Positions 1-10,084 of a stretch of 64,000 nucleotides of DNA are shown here, piece by piece. The number at the start of each line of letters is the position of its first letter. Within the stretch, counting starts at the first letter, position 1. The notes under the pieces were generated by a model. It saw only the letters and a list, made by a program, of their open reading frames with translations, was not told where the DNA came from and searched no databases. The DNA is taken from positions 1 through 64,000 of the forward strand of contig JBHGBC010000003.1 of assembly GCA_041946805.1 (NCBI GenBank). The letters are read 5' to 3'. This stretch comes from a bacterium. Its GTDB lineage: Bacteria > Hinthialibacterota > Hinthialibacteria > Hinthialibacterales > Hinthialibacteraceae. A program made the translations under genes and the position numbers.

Positions 1-1392
1 AGGTGCCAGCGGTTCGATTTCCACCGAATACCCCTGCAGGCCATCACGGGGCAGTTGGAGATGATCTGCGAGAGGGAAGGGCTGGAGGTGGAGCCGGGGG
101 TGCTGGAGCGGGTGGCGAGGATGGCGAGAGGGAGCCTCAGGGACGCCGAGAGCCTCCTGGATCAGCTGGTCGCCTACTGTGGGCAGCGCATCGATCTCCC
201 GTCGGTGCGGGAGGTGCTGGGCCTGACCGGGGAGGAGATGGTGCCGGAGTTCGTGGAGGCGCTTCGCCGCAGGGACCTGAGGCGAGGCTTCCGGCTGATC
301 GACGAGGCCGCCACCGCGGGAGCCGACCTCCGGCATTTCGGCCGGGAGGTGGTAGACTATCTGCGGGCGCTGATGGTGGTGAAGAGCGGTGCCGATACCA
401 GCCTCGCCCGAGAGTTCCGCCCGGAGGAGACAGCGCGACTCCGGGATGCGGCCCGGGGATGGGATTACCAGCGGCTCCTGGCGGCCCTTCGGGCCTTCGG
501 GGACCTGGATGGCAAGATGAGGCTGGAGCCCTTCAACCAGGTGGGGCTGGAAATCGCCTTCATGGATGTGGCGTTGGCGGTCGGGGGTGGCGCCGACGCG
601 GCGGTGATGGTTCCATCGCCCGAGGCCGCCGCGCCGCCCGCCGTGCGGGAGCCCGAACCACCGGCCCCCCGGCCTGTGGTGAGAGACCAGTCGCCGGGCG
701 AGGCCGCGGCCGCCGCGTCGCCGGATGGGGGAGCGGCGGCCGAAGGCCTGGCGGAACCCGATCTCGAATCCGTGATCGCCGCAAAGCCCCATCTAATCTT
801 CATCACGGAAGAGATCGGCTCGGGTTCGGTGGCGGGTGATTACCGCATCGCAACCAAACCGGTGATCTTCACGGAATCGTATCTCTTCGACGACATGGGT
901 TTCACCAACGGGGCGTCCGCGTTTACCGGGGGCGCGATGACCAGCGAAATCAAGATCGTCAACCGCAATCATCTCATCACCCAGGGATTGCCGGAAACGT
1001 TCACCGTCACGAAAACCGATCCGGCGACGGGGAAGCCGTACATGGTCACCTTTGGCACTCTCACGGATCTGTCCATCCTGGCGGATGTGGGCACGGTCCT
1101 GGCGGTGCTGCCCGCGTCGGTCAATGAATCCTCCAACGGCGACCCCCTGCCGGAGAACGCGCCGGTGCTGATCGCCATGGAAGCCAAGACCACCCTGGAC
1201 GCGGGAGATGCCAACCCGGCCCGGTGGGTTTTTTTGGGATATTCCGACGTGGATCCCAACGCGAGTTACGAGGGAGACCCCACCACCCGCACGATGTCGG
1301 TCTTGAACGACTTGGGGATCCAATTGTTGGACCGTTCGATCGCTTGGGCCCTGGGAATCCTCACGGAGATTCCCGATTGGATGTTGCAGTGA
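1..1392 (+). CDS. dnaX: 5'-truncated DNA polymerase III subunit gamma/tau (about 1-750) joined in frame to an unrelated secreted-type domain (about 750-1392); probable chimera
   Basis: Frame 1 from base 1 reads RCQRFDFHRIP...ARGSLRDAESLLDQL, typical DnaX motifs, then a Pro/Ala linker. After about 750 the sequence (LIFITEEIGSGSV...ALGILTEIPDWMLQ) does not resemble the tau C-terminus. Confidence 0.75.
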   Translation, partial: RCQRFDFHRIPLQAITGQLEMICEREGLEVEPGVLERVARMARGSLRDAESLLDQLVAYCGQRIDLPSVREVLGLTGEEMVPEFVEALRRRDLRRGFRLIDEAATAGADLRHFGREVVDYLRALMVVKSGADTSLAREFRPEETARLRDAARGWDYQRLLAALRAFGDLDGKMRLEPFNQVGLEIAFMDVALAVGGGADAAVMVPSPEAAAPPAVREPEPPAPRPVVRDQSPGEAAAAASPDGGAAAEGLAEPDLESVIAAKPHLIFITEEIGSGSVAGDYRIATKPVIFTESYLFDDMGFTNGASAFTGGAMTSEIKIVNRNHLITQGLPETFTVTKTDPATGKPYMVTFGTLTDLSILADVGTVLAVLPASVNESSNGDPLPENAPVLIAMEAKTTLDAGDANPARWVFLGYSDVDPNASYEGDPTTRTMSVLNDLGIQLLDRSIAWALGILTEIPDWMLQ

Positions 1393-1548
1393 ATCAAGCG
1401 GTATGCCGCGAGAGGATTCTCTCTCCGGGACTGATTTCATTCGCCTCCCGATAATAATACTCCACGCCCGGTCATATCGCGGCCGGGGAACGAAGAGGGC
1501 CAAATCCCTCCGGGAGCGGGCGGAACGGGAAGGGTGTGCCGGGGCGGA

Positions 1549-1881
1549 TCAGTTCTCGCCATTGCCCCGTTTCTGATCGGATACGAAGGGCCGCTCGAAG
1601 AAATTGGCGACCGGTTGGCCGCGGAACCAGCTGCTGTACAGCGAATCAAAACCGATGGGTTCGCCGCCGATATCCACGTATTCGACCTGCTGCCAGGGGA
1701 AAAAGACGGTATGCAGCATTTCACGCATCTGCTCCAAGGCTCCCGCGCCGGGGGGGACGCTCTCGAGGGCCTTGACGGGAATGCAGTACATCACGAGACC
1801 TTCCCCATCCTTGTTCGTTATTTTCCCCAGGAACCGCTTGCCGTTCAGGAGGTGGACTTCCACCAGTTTGCCGTTTAACAT
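1549..1881 (-). CDS. small hypothetical protein, possible Sm/LSm/Hfq-like fold
   Basis: 110 aa; VEVHLLNGKRFLGKITNKDGEGLVM resembles an Sm1 motif and TVFFPWQQVEYVDI an Sm2-like strand pair. Confidence 0.5.
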   Translation of the reverse strand: MLNGKLVEVHLLNGKRFLGKITNKDGEGLVMYCIPVKALESVPPGAGALEQMREMLHTVFFPWQQVEYVDIGGEPIGFDSLYSSWFRGQPVANFFERPFVSDQKRGNGEN

Positions 1882-2031
1882 GCCCGTAGTCTCATTGAAT
1901 CCCGCCGGGGAGGCGTTGATAACGAACCGATTCTGGTTCAGCCGGCGGTCAACATCAAGAGGGATCCATATCCCTGCAGGATAGGAAACAACCGGATAAT
2001 CACCATTTTATCGTGAAAGGGAGAAAAGTAG

Positions 2032-2751
2032 ATGAAACAAGGTTGGTTTGTTTCAACTTTCCTATGGGTGTGTTTGGCCATTCCCGGTGTGGGATCCGCG
2101 GATAGAACCCTCGCCGGCCTTCCCGCCATCGGCGGGAACACGATCCGGTTATTCGTCGTGCGTCACGGAGAAGCGCTGTCGAACGTCGCGCACGAGCCGG
2201 GAATGACCGAGGAGCAGCTCGACCACCTGACCGATTTGGGCAAGCGGCAGGCGGAAGCCGTGCGCCGGGAGCTGGCCGATCAACCGCTGGCGGCCATTTT
2301 CACCTCGGAAGCGCAGCGGGCCTACGAAACCATGGAAGCGAGCGGATTGGCGGAAAGCAAGAGCCTGGCGGTCCAAAAAGATCCCGCCTTCAACAAAATG
2401 GCGTTGGGAAACAAGGAAGACGGCAGCCCCGCCGATTTCGATGGGCGGATTGAATTGTGGAAAAAAGGCGGAGATCCCAAGCCGGCCGGGGGTGAATCGT
2501 TGGCGGACGCGGTGCAAAGGGTGGTCACGGCGGTGAAAAGTCTGAATTACGCGTACGGCAAGGCGGTGGTCATTGTGACCCACGGGGATATCGTGGCGGG
2601 TCTGGCCGGTTCGGCCGACGCGGTTCCTGCCTGGAACCGGTGGGAAAAATTTCAGGCCGCTCATGGTTCGATCACGGTGATCGATGTGGAGAAAGACGGT
2701 CCCCTGACGCTGCGGGCCTTTAACGTCCAACCGCGGGTAATTGAAAAATAA
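2032..2751 (+). CDS. secreted histidine phosphatase family protein
   Basis: Signal peptide, VVRHGE motif, IFTSEAQRAYET, IVTHG; GGAG upstream. Confidence 0.9.
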   Translation: MKQGWFVSTFLWVCLAIPGVGSADRTLAGLPAIGGNTIRLFVVRHGEALSNVAHEPGMTEEQLDHLTDLGKRQAEAVRRELADQPLAAIFTSEAQRAYETMEASGLAESKSLAVQKDPAFNKMALGNKEDGSPADFDGRIELWKKGGDPKPAGGESLADAVQRVVTAVKSLNYAYGKAVVIVTHGDIVAGLAGSADAVPAWNRWEKFQAAHGSITVIDVEKDGPLTLRAFNVQPRVIEK

Positions 2752-2779
2752 GCGGATTGGATTGAGATCGTAACGAAAC

Positions 2780-2814
2780 CGGGGTGGATAATGATATTCC
2801 ACCCCGTTTTTTTT
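2780..2814 (+). terminator. probable intrinsic terminator
   Basis: CGGGGTGGA-N9-TCCACCCCG stem followed by T8, downstream of the phosphatase gene. Confidence 0.7.
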
Positions 2815-3002
2815 GAGGAGGATCCAGCAGGAGCGGACATTAGCGTCCGTACGCATCCTGGCAGGGATGGAATACTTTTTCCTCCTCCGGCCCGCCCTTG
2901 ATAAATACATCTTAAAAAATACCACTAGGTGTATTGACTATAAATCCTGGATATGGCTTACAATAAAGAAGCATATTTTATCATTCTCAAAGGAAAATAA
3001 TC

Positions 3003-3698
3003 ATGAAAAGAATGGGTTTGGCGCTCCTTGTGGTGGTTTGGCTGGCATCGTTCGCAGCGGGGATCAGCGCGGCCGATACATACCGGGTGGGGGAGAAATG
3101 GGTGTACCAGCATGATGGTCCCCGGCCGTGGGCCAATCCCGAGAATCCTGTCCAGGGCGACCGGATCGCGACTATCGTCACCAGCGAGGGAGAAGGAGCG
3201 GAACAGTTATGGGTGATGAAGCAACAGTGGGGGGAGGAAATGGAGCCGGCGGAGATGTATTTCAACCGGAAAAAAGAAGTGGTTAAAATCGCCTCGGCGG
3301 AGCGGAGCATTCTCTACACTCCCCCGATGCCGATGGATTTTTCGATTCTGAAGGCAGGCGAGGAGAAGATATTTGAGTCGCGGATCGCGGCCTCCGGGGA
3401 TATCAATCCCGCCACGCTGCGGTTGACGGTCAAGCGGCTGCCGGATGCAACGATACAGGTCCCGGCGGGCGAGTTCACGGATTGCCGCCATGTCCAGTTC
3501 GAGACGCGCTTGATCTTCACCCGCAACAACCAGGAGACCAGCGCGTTCTGCCATCAGGAAATGTGGACCCATCCAAAGGTGAATGGGATCGTGAAAGAAA
3601 TCTACACCTTCGACGCCGTGAACGCCGGCGGGCGGATGACCAAGGGCTATCAAGCGGTCAGCGAATTGAAATCGTACACGCCGCCCGAGAAGAAATAA
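3003..3698 (+). CDS. secreted hypothetical protein
   Basis: Signal peptide ending ISA-A; TIQVPAGEFTDC motif common in exported beta-rich proteins; AAGGA upstream. Confidence 0.75.
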   Translation: MKRMGLALLVVVWLASFAAGISAADTYRVGEKWVYQHDGPRPWANPENPVQGDRIATIVTSEGEGAEQLWVMKQQWGEEMEPAEMYFNRKKEVVKIASAERSILYTPPMPMDFSILKAGEEKIFESRIAASGDINPATLRLTVKRLPDATIQVPAGEFTDCRHVQFETRLIFTRNNQETSAFCHQEMWTHPKVNGIVKEIYTFDAVNAGGRMTKGYQAVSELKSYTPPEKK

Positions 3699-3707
3699 GA
3701 AATTAAC

Positions 3708-4907
3708 CTACTGCTTCGTTCCACTCTTCGATTCGGGCATGAAAATCCTTCCCTCGCCGGCGGGGAGGACGAATTTCGTCCCCGTTTCGCCCGTCAAAAT
3801 GTCTTTGCGCGTTTCAGGGAATTCGACGGTGACGCTCTGCTTCGCGCCGGGGAGATTGACATGGACCACGGCGTTTTCGTACACCCGCATCCAGTGGTGC
3901 GAATCAATCCGCTCCCCCGGTTGGACCGGTAATCCGATCTTTGCGTCATACTCGGGATGCCAGTCATGGCGGTGGCTGGTGTTGTCGGAGAAGAGATAGT
4001 AGTAATCGCCGATGGTCAGCGCGAAGCAGAGACTCCAGCGGCGGGCGGCGGGATCGGGCTCGGGTTTTTGCCCGCGTTTGGCATCGCCCGGCCAGCCGGC
4101 GCGGTCCCGGATTTCCTCGAAACGCTCGATGAGGCTGATGGCGGGCTTGCGCAGCAGGGACTCGGTATGTTGCATTTTTTTGATGACGCCGTCCCACTCG
4201 GTGCGGTTGTGGCTCCAGCCGGATTCGTACATCATGCCGTTGAGATAGGGAGCGGCGAAATCGTAATCGCCCACCGCGTAGCCCGCGTTGGCCAGGATGA
4301 GGAACTCGTCCCCCACGGCCGCGCGGACTTCCTTGAATAGCTCCACCCAGGGTTCCGGTTCGTCGCGCAAGTTATCGTAGAACACGCCGTCCACGCCGGA
4401 CTGCTTCATGGAGAGAGTCACTTGCACGACGTGACGCCGGTACTCGGGATCGTACCAGTTCATGCGGTGCGTGCCCGGCCAGAACTGTTGGCGCTCGCCG
4501 TTTTTGCGCATCCACCAGGGATGATCTTCCGGCAGCCAGGAATCATGATATTCATAGAAGAGGATATCGCCCAAAATCACCGCGTCCGGATTGAGTTGGC
4601 GGATTTCCGCCACTTTCTTCTGAGCGGCCGCGATCGACTCGGGCGTGAAGCCATCGGCCAGGCCCGCGGGTTCGCGGTTGAATTTCAGATCCAGGCTGCC
4701 GCTGCCCAGCATGATCAAATCGTGCCTGGCGATGGCCTCCACCGAGCGGTCCCCCCGCAGCGAGGCCCACAACATGGCAATGCGCGGGTAGGGCGTTTTT
4801 TGAAACACGGGTACCGGCCGCGCCGGATTGGATTCCGCGGCGGGAATCGCCAAGGGCCCGAAAGCGGTCAGGATTGAAAGCATCCAAGAGAAAGAATGAC
4901 GATGCAT
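3708..4907 (-). CDS. putative secreted TIM-barrel glycoside hydrolase (GHL15/GH114-like)
   Basis: Signal peptide from ATG 4907; MNWYDPEYR and GVDGVFYDN motifs, GMMYE. Confidence 0.6.
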   Translation of the reverse strand: MHRHSFSWMLSILTAFGPLAIPAAESNPARPVPVFQKTPYPRIAMLWASLRGDRSVEAIARHDLIMLGSGSLDLKFNREPAGLADGFTPESIAAAQKKVAEIRQLNPDAVILGDILFYEYHDSWLPEDHPWWMRKNGERQQFWPGTHRMNWYDPEYRRHVVQVTLSMKQSGVDGVFYDNLRDEPEPWVELFKEVRAAVGDEFLILANAGYAVGDYDFAAPYLNGMMYESGWSHNRTEWDGVIKKMQHTESLLRKPAISLIERFEEIRDRAGWPGDAKRGQKPEPDPAARRWSLCFALTIGDYYYLFSDNTSHRHDWHPEYDAKIGLPVQPGERIDSHHWMRVYENAVVHVNLPGAKQSVTVEFPETRKDILTGETGTKFVLPAGEGRIFMPESKSGTKQ

Positions 4908-5037
4908 GAGTCGACCTCGAATAAGGATTGCAGAATATGAGCGCATTATCGCAGAAAAGAGGCGGGGGGATCAAGATAAGAGAAGTAGAGCAATTCACCC
5001 CTCTCTCCCCGGAATAGTGCCGGTGTGGGGGACTTTG

Positions 5038-5537
5038 TGGTGCAGGCATCTTGCCTGCAATATTCCCTCCGCGTCTTCCGCGTCTGGGCGGTGCAGCTTC
5101 GATTCCTCCCCCGAAGATCGGGGGAGGATGGGAGGGAGTTGAAAATTGAGGTTCATCCGGGAAGTGCGTACAGGATGAGAAAAAGGTATTCCATCCATTC
5201 CAAGATCCGGGCGGACACCAAGGTCCACCCCAACAAAAATTCCCTCACCCAGGCCCTCTCCCGGAGGAAGAGGGGATTGGGGGTAGAACTCTTGAGCCAC
5301 ACTGATGAAAGAGCGATCGTGCTTTCAAGATAAAAAGTACGCACTTGCCGGATGAGCCAAAATTGAGGATTTTGTAGGATGGATTATCACGCCAGCGCGT
5401 AACCCAGCTAAGCCACCACTCCCCTCTTCTTCTCCCCTCTCCCCTTGGGGGAGAAGGCCCGGGAGTGAAAGGGCCATTGTGATGCAGGCATCCTGCCTGC
5501 GTCATCCCCTCCGTGTCCTCCGTGACCTCCGCGGTGA
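5038..5537. repeat. mosaic of REP-like palindromes around MITE family 1
   Basis: TGGTGCAGGCATCTTGCCTGCA (5038; variant about 5478), GTAGGATGG...TAACCCA (5374), CCCTCTCCC..GGGAGA unit (about 5434), CTCCGTGTCCTCCGTGACCTCCGCGG (about 5509). Confidence 0.8.
5150..5358 (+). mobile_element. MITE family 1 (209 bp), copy 1
   Basis: TIRs GGTTCATCCGGGAAGTGCGTAC / GTACGCACTTGCCGGATGAGCC; perfect 8-bp flanking direct repeat AAAATTGA (5142-5149, 5359-5366); two internal REP-like palindromes. Confidence 0.85.
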
Positions 5538-5679
5538 ATTCCATTTCATCGAGCCATGGCCTTCGACTCGAACCGGATCCCCCGTTACAATAAAGGGCTC
5601 GAACCGCCCAAACGCGGCCATCATTGCCATGCCGTCCCGGGCCGCGCGAAATCCCAAAGAAATGAGGATCGGGAGCGAT

Positions 5680-6945
5680 ATGGATAACCGCTGGTATAAA
5701 TGGGCCGTGGTGGCGATGTTGTGGTTTACCTGTTTTTTCAACTACGCGGACCGGCAGAGTATTTTTTCGGTGTTTAAGCTGCTTGAAGATGAGATGGGAT
5801 TGACGCCCATTCAATTGGGATGGGTCGCGTCCGCGTTCATGTGGGTGTACGCGGCGACGGGCTGGTTCGCGGGGCTGATCGGCGACCGGTTTTGCCGGAA
5901 GACAGTGATCCTGAGCGGATTTTTGTTTTGGTCGGTCATCACCCTGCTGTTCGCGGTTTCCACCGAATACTGGCATTTGTTGGTGTTGCGCGCCGTGGAG
6001 GGCTTCGGCGAGGCGTTTTATTTCCCGGCGGCGATGTCGATGATCAGCAGCTACCATACCAAGGAAACCCGTTCGCGCGCCATGGGGATCCATCAATCGA
6101 GCGTCTACGCGGGCACCGTGGCCGGCGGGTGGCTCGGCGGCTGGATGGGCATGCATTACGGATGGCGGTCGTCGTTTTACGTGCTGGGTCTGGGCGGCGT
6201 GTTCCTGGTCATGGTTTTGCTCTTTCTGCTGAAGGAACCGCCCCGGGGCACCATTGGCGAAAACGCCAAGGATGAACCCGTGGATCAGGGCCCCGAAAGT
6301 GCGTCGGTCATGTTCACGCACATGCTGTTTCTCTACAGGATCCCCATGGTCGTGGTGTTGACGGCCGTATTCATCGGGGCGAACTTCGTGGCCACGATAT
6401 TCCTGGTGTGGACGCCCAAATTCCTGGCGGACAAATTCAATATGAGCCTGTCCATGGCCGGTTTCAGCGCCACCGCCTATATCCAGGTGGGATCGGTGCT
6501 GGGCGTCCTGGCCGGGGGCTGGCTGGCCGACCGGTGGGTGCGGCGGCATCGCGGCGGCCGGATGTTGACGCAGTCCATCGGATTGCTGATCGGCGTACCC
6601 TTCATTTTTGCCGTGGGGTGGACCTTGCACATCTACGTGCTGATTCCCGCCATGTTCTGTTTCGGCATCTTCAAGGGGATCTACGACGCCAACATCTGGG
6701 CTTCCTTGCACGATGTCACCCCCGTGGAACGGCGCTCCTCCGCGGTAGGCATCATGAATTCACTCAGCTGGTTCGGCGGCGCGCTGGCGCAGCTGATCAT
6801 CGCCCGGGCTTCGATGCGCTACGGCATGAGCGCTTGCCTGAGCGCCACGTCGATGATTTATCTCTTCTTCGGTCTGTTGCTGGTGTGGGGCGTTCTTCGC
6901 TATATGAAAGGCCGGCCGGCGGCGGCCAGTGGGCCCGGTGAGTAA
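5680..6945 (+). CDS. MFS transporter (sugar-acid/spinster-like)
   Basis: FFNYADRQSI, GLIGDRFCRK, GWLADRW motifs, about 12 TM helices; start at MDNRWY with GGGAG upstream. Confidence 0.9.
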   Translation: MDNRWYKWAVVAMLWFTCFFNYADRQSIFSVFKLLEDEMGLTPIQLGWVASAFMWVYAATGWFAGLIGDRFCRKTVILSGFLFWSVITLLFAVSTEYWHLLVLRAVEGFGEAFYFPAAMSMISSYHTKETRSRAMGIHQSSVYAGTVAGGWLGGWMGMHYGWRSSFYVLGLGGVFLVMVLLFLLKEPPRGTIGENAKDEPVDQGPESASVMFTHMLFLYRIPMVVVLTAVFIGANFVATIFLVWTPKFLADKFNMSLSMAGFSATAYIQVGSVLGVLAGGWLADRWVRRHRGGRMLTQSIGLLIGVPFIFAVGWTLHIYVLIPAMFCFGIFKGIYDANIWASLHDVTPVERRSSAVGIMNSLSWFGGALAQLIIARASMRYGMSACLSATSMIYLFFGLLLVWGVLRYMKGRPAAASGPGE

Positions 6946-6975
6946 CAGTTTGTCTTCAAGGAGGACAAGATATAC

Positions 6976-7184
6976 GGTTCATCCGTTATGTGTGTATATT
7001 TATCCGGGAGCGTGACCGGACATCGCTTAGACGGATTGAAGAGATCTACCCTAAATCCCCTCTCCCTCTGGGAGAGGGCCAGGATCAGGGAAATTCTGAT
7101 AGGGGCGGACCTTGGTGTCCGCCCGAATCATCGAGTGGATGGAATGCCTTCTTCACCAGCAGTTACTCTCTTGCCGGATGAACC
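6976..7184 (-). mobile_element. MITE family 1, copy 2 (inverted, diverged)
   Basis: GGTTCATCCG...TTGCCGGATGAACC ends, 209 bp, same internal modules in reverse order; no target-site duplication retained. Confidence 0.75.
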
Positions 7185-7375
7185 CAAATTGATATCCATC
7201 CCGGGAAAGCGGATATCCAGCGATGCCGGGTGGACTCGATGCGCGGCGAACCCCGACAGAGCAGATGTTTTCACTCTTGTCTTGGATAGCAAACCTGGGG
7301 AAATGCGCTGAATCCATGATCCCGGGGCGATGGCTTACGCGGGATGCGATCGAATCAAAGAAAGGGACACGCGGA

Positions 7376-9799
7376 ATGTTCAGAGTAAAATCTTTTTTAT
7401 ACTGGCTGATTCTCTTCCACTCCGGTTTTTCTCTTGCGGCCCGGGCGGAGAATTGGGACCTCACCCAGACGCTGGTGATTTCCACGGACGGAGCTTCGCC
7501 CCTGGAGCAGAGATCCGCCCGAGTCCTCGTGGAAGAAGTAGAGAAACGCACCGGCATTCGCTGGCGGATCGAGACCAGCCCGCCGCAAGAAAATGTCCCC
7601 CTGATTGTCACGGTCACCGCTCGGTCATTTCAGCCGCTCACCCGCGTGATCACCAATCCCTTCGCGAATGAGCCGGACTTCCCTATGCCGGAGGGATACC
7701 GGATTCGTCTTGTTCACGAGGGCAGCAGGCTGGTTGTTTACATCGTGGGGAACGATGGCCGGGGCGTGCTGTACGGCGTGGGGCATCTGCTGCGTAAGTT
7801 GGAAATGTCCCCGGGACGGATCGCGATCGAGGATAACTTCCAGGCCACAACTGCGCCGCATTACCCGTTGCGTGGGCATCAACTGGGATACCGCCCGAAG
7901 ACCAATTCGTACGACGGGTGGACGGTTCCCATGTGGGAGCAATACATCCGCGAGCTGGCCTTGTCCGGGGCCAACGCCATCGAGTTGATCCCGCCCCGCT
8001 CCGACGATGACGCCGACAGCCCGCATTTCACCCGGCCGCCCATGGCCATGATGGTGGAGATGTCGCGCATCGCCGATGAATACGGGATGGATGTCTGGGC
8101 CTGGTATCCGGCGCTGGATGCCGATTACACCGATCCGCGGACCGTGGAAGCCGCGCTGCGGGAATGGGGCGATGTGTTCCGGCAATTGCCGCGCCTGGAC
8201 GAGGTGCTGGTTCCCGGCGGCGATCCCGGCCATACGCGGCCGCCGGTGCTCTTCGCGTTCCTGGAAAAAGTCTCGGCGGTGCTGCGGCAATATCATCCCC
8301 AGGCGCGGATATGGATTTCACCCCAAGGTTTCACCCGCGAATGGATGGACGAATTCTACGGCTTGCTGCGGAATGATCCCGCGTGGCTGCACGGCGTGGT
8401 ATACGGCCCCCAGTGCCGTGACGAGTTGCCCGTGCTGCGAAAGGCCGTCCCCGCGCGGTATCCCATCCGCTTCTATCCCGACATCACCCACAGCCGTCAT
8501 TGCCAGTTCCCCGTTCCGGATTGGGATCTTGCCTACGCCATGGCCGAAGGCCGCGAGGTGATCAATCCCCGCCCGCGGGACGAGGCCGTGATCATCCGCC
8601 GGCTGATGCCTTACACCATCGGCGCCATCACCTACTCCGAGGGATGTAACGACGACGTGAACAAGTTCATCTGGTCCCGGCTGAGCTGGGATCCGGACGC
8701 GGATGTCGTGGAAATCCTGCGCGATTACGGGCGGTTCTTCATCGGCGCATCCCATGCGGATGCCTTCGCCCAGGGGCTGCTGGCGTTGGAAAACAATTGG
8801 CGCGGGCCGCTGCTGAGCAATTCCGGTGTGGACATTGCGTTACATCAATTCCAGTCCATGGAGAAATCCGCATCGCCGAAGGTATTACTGAACTGGCGTT
8901 TTCAGATGGCGCTGTACCGGGCGTATTACGACGCGTATCTCCGGAGCCGGTTGATTTACGAAACCAGCCTGGAGGAGCAAGCCCTGGAAGCCTTGCGGCA
9001 GGCCGGGCGCGTGGGGAGCGTGGCAGCCATGGACCAGGCGGAAGCGATCCTCGCTCGCGCCCTCCTTGAACCAGCCGCCCGTGACCGGCGCGCGCGGATT
9101 TTCGAACTGGCCGAGGCGCTCTTTCAAAGCGCGCGCATGCAACTGAGCGAAACCAAATACCGGGCCATCGAAACCGAACGGGGGGCCAATCTCGACACGA
9201 TCGACGTTCCCCTAAACAACACGCCCTGGCTGAAGATCCAGTTCGCGGAGATCCGGAAACTCGGTCCGGAAGAGGAACGGCTGGCGCGGATCGGCGAAAT
9301 CCTCAACTGGACCAATCCCGGCCCGGGGGGGTATTACGACGACCTGGGGAATCCCTCCCAGCAACCCCACCTGGTGCGGGGGATGGGCTTCGAGCAGGAT
9401 CCCGCGCTGTTCCATACGCCTTTCGCGTCGTTCGCGTACCGGAGCGGGAAGGAGATCACCTGGCGGCTTTCCTGGCTGCGGCATATCGACGCCTTTTTCG
9501 ACGGGGCGGTGACGCTGCGCTATACGGACCTGGATCCGGCCGCCGCGTATCAAGTCCGCGTGGTCCATGCCGGCGAAGAGAGGACTTTCCCCATTCGTCT
9601 CACCGCCGACGGGGGGCGTGAAATCCATCCTTATTGGCAACGGGAGGAAGCCGCGCCCCGGCCCCTGGAGTTTGACATCCCCCGCGATCTCACGGAGGAC
9701 GGTGTGCTGGAATTGCAATGGCAAAAGATCCCCGGCGCGGGAGGCAACGGCCGCGGCTGTGCGATTTCGGAAGTCTGGTTGATGAGGAAGAAACCCTGA
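7376..9799 (+). CDS. secreted glycoside hydrolase-like protein with GH20/GH67-type N-terminal domain
   Basis: Signal peptide; PEGYRI...VGNDGRGVLYGVGHLLR and PHYPLRG motifs. Confidence 0.7.
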   Translation: MFRVKSFLYWLILFHSGFSLAARAENWDLTQTLVISTDGASPLEQRSARVLVEEVEKRTGIRWRIETSPPQENVPLIVTVTARSFQPLTRVITNPFANEPDFPMPEGYRIRLVHEGSRLVVYIVGNDGRGVLYGVGHLLRKLEMSPGRIAIEDNFQATTAPHYPLRGHQLGYRPKTNSYDGWTVPMWEQYIRELALSGANAIELIPPRSDDDADSPHFTRPPMAMMVEMSRIADEYGMDVWAWYPALDADYTDPRTVEAALREWGDVFRQLPRLDEVLVPGGDPGHTRPPVLFAFLEKVSAVLRQYHPQARIWISPQGFTREWMDEFYGLLRNDPAWLHGVVYGPQCRDELPVLRKAVPARYPIRFYPDITHSRHCQFPVPDWDLAYAMAEGREVINPRPRDEAVIIRRLMPYTIGAITYSEGCNDDVNKFIWSRLSWDPDADVVEILRDYGRFFIGASHADAFAQGLLALENNWRGPLLSNSGVDIALHQFQSMEKSASPKVLLNWRFQMALYRAYYDAYLRSRLIYETSLEEQALEALRQAGRVGSVAAMDQAEAILARALLEPAARDRRARIFELAEALFQSARMQLSETKYRAIETERGANLDTIDVPLNNTPWLKIQFAEIRKLGPEEERLARIGEILNWTNPGPGGYYDDLGNPSQQPHLVRGMGFEQDPALFHTPFASFAYRSGKEITWRLSWLRHIDAFFDGAVTLRYTDLDPAAAYQVRVVHAGEERTFPIRLTADGGREIHPYWQREEAAPRPLEFDIPRDLTEDGVLELQWQKIPGAGGNGRGCAISEVWLMRKKP

Positions 9800-9818
9800 T
9801 CGCAAAGAAATTACTCAT

Positions 9819-10076
9819 GTAGGATGGGTAAGCGCGTAGGATGGGTTAGCGCGCAGCGCGTAATCCATCAATTTGAACCTCCTCTCACATTCCCCTCCCC
9901 CTCTGGGAGAGGGCCAGGGTGAGGGAATCCCTATTGTGGTGCAGGCATCTTGCCTGCATGTTCCCCTTGCCCTTTCTCCGCGCTCTCACGCCTCGTATTG
10001 CGCTTTCACTCCCCACTTCTCTTGCGCCCATTTCAAGGGGCCGCGGTAAAGCCGCCCAGGGGTTCAACCCTGGGCT
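9819..10076. repeat. REP-like palindrome mosaic
   Basis: GTAGGATGGGTTAGCGCGCAGCGCGTAATCCATC with a partial tandem copy, CCC..CTCTGGGAGAGGGCCAGGGTGAGGG, TGGTGCAGGCATCTTGCCTGCA, GCCCAGGGGTTCAACCCTGGGC. Confidence 0.8.
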
Positions 10077-10084
10077 AGCCTGCC

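Noticed and set aside
2934..2964. TTGACT...TACAAT sigma70-like promoter
   Set aside because: The spacer is 19 nt, too long to call with confidence.
4995..5344. Small ORFs with PHPxPLPEGEG, LSLWER, QARCLHH or VGARCNVPL peptides (also near 9885, 12305, 25965, 38085, 50937, 59716, 62766)
   Set aside because: Translations of REP/MITE palindromes rather than genes. Some long N-terminal extensions in the ORF track (5479, 40490) have the same origin.
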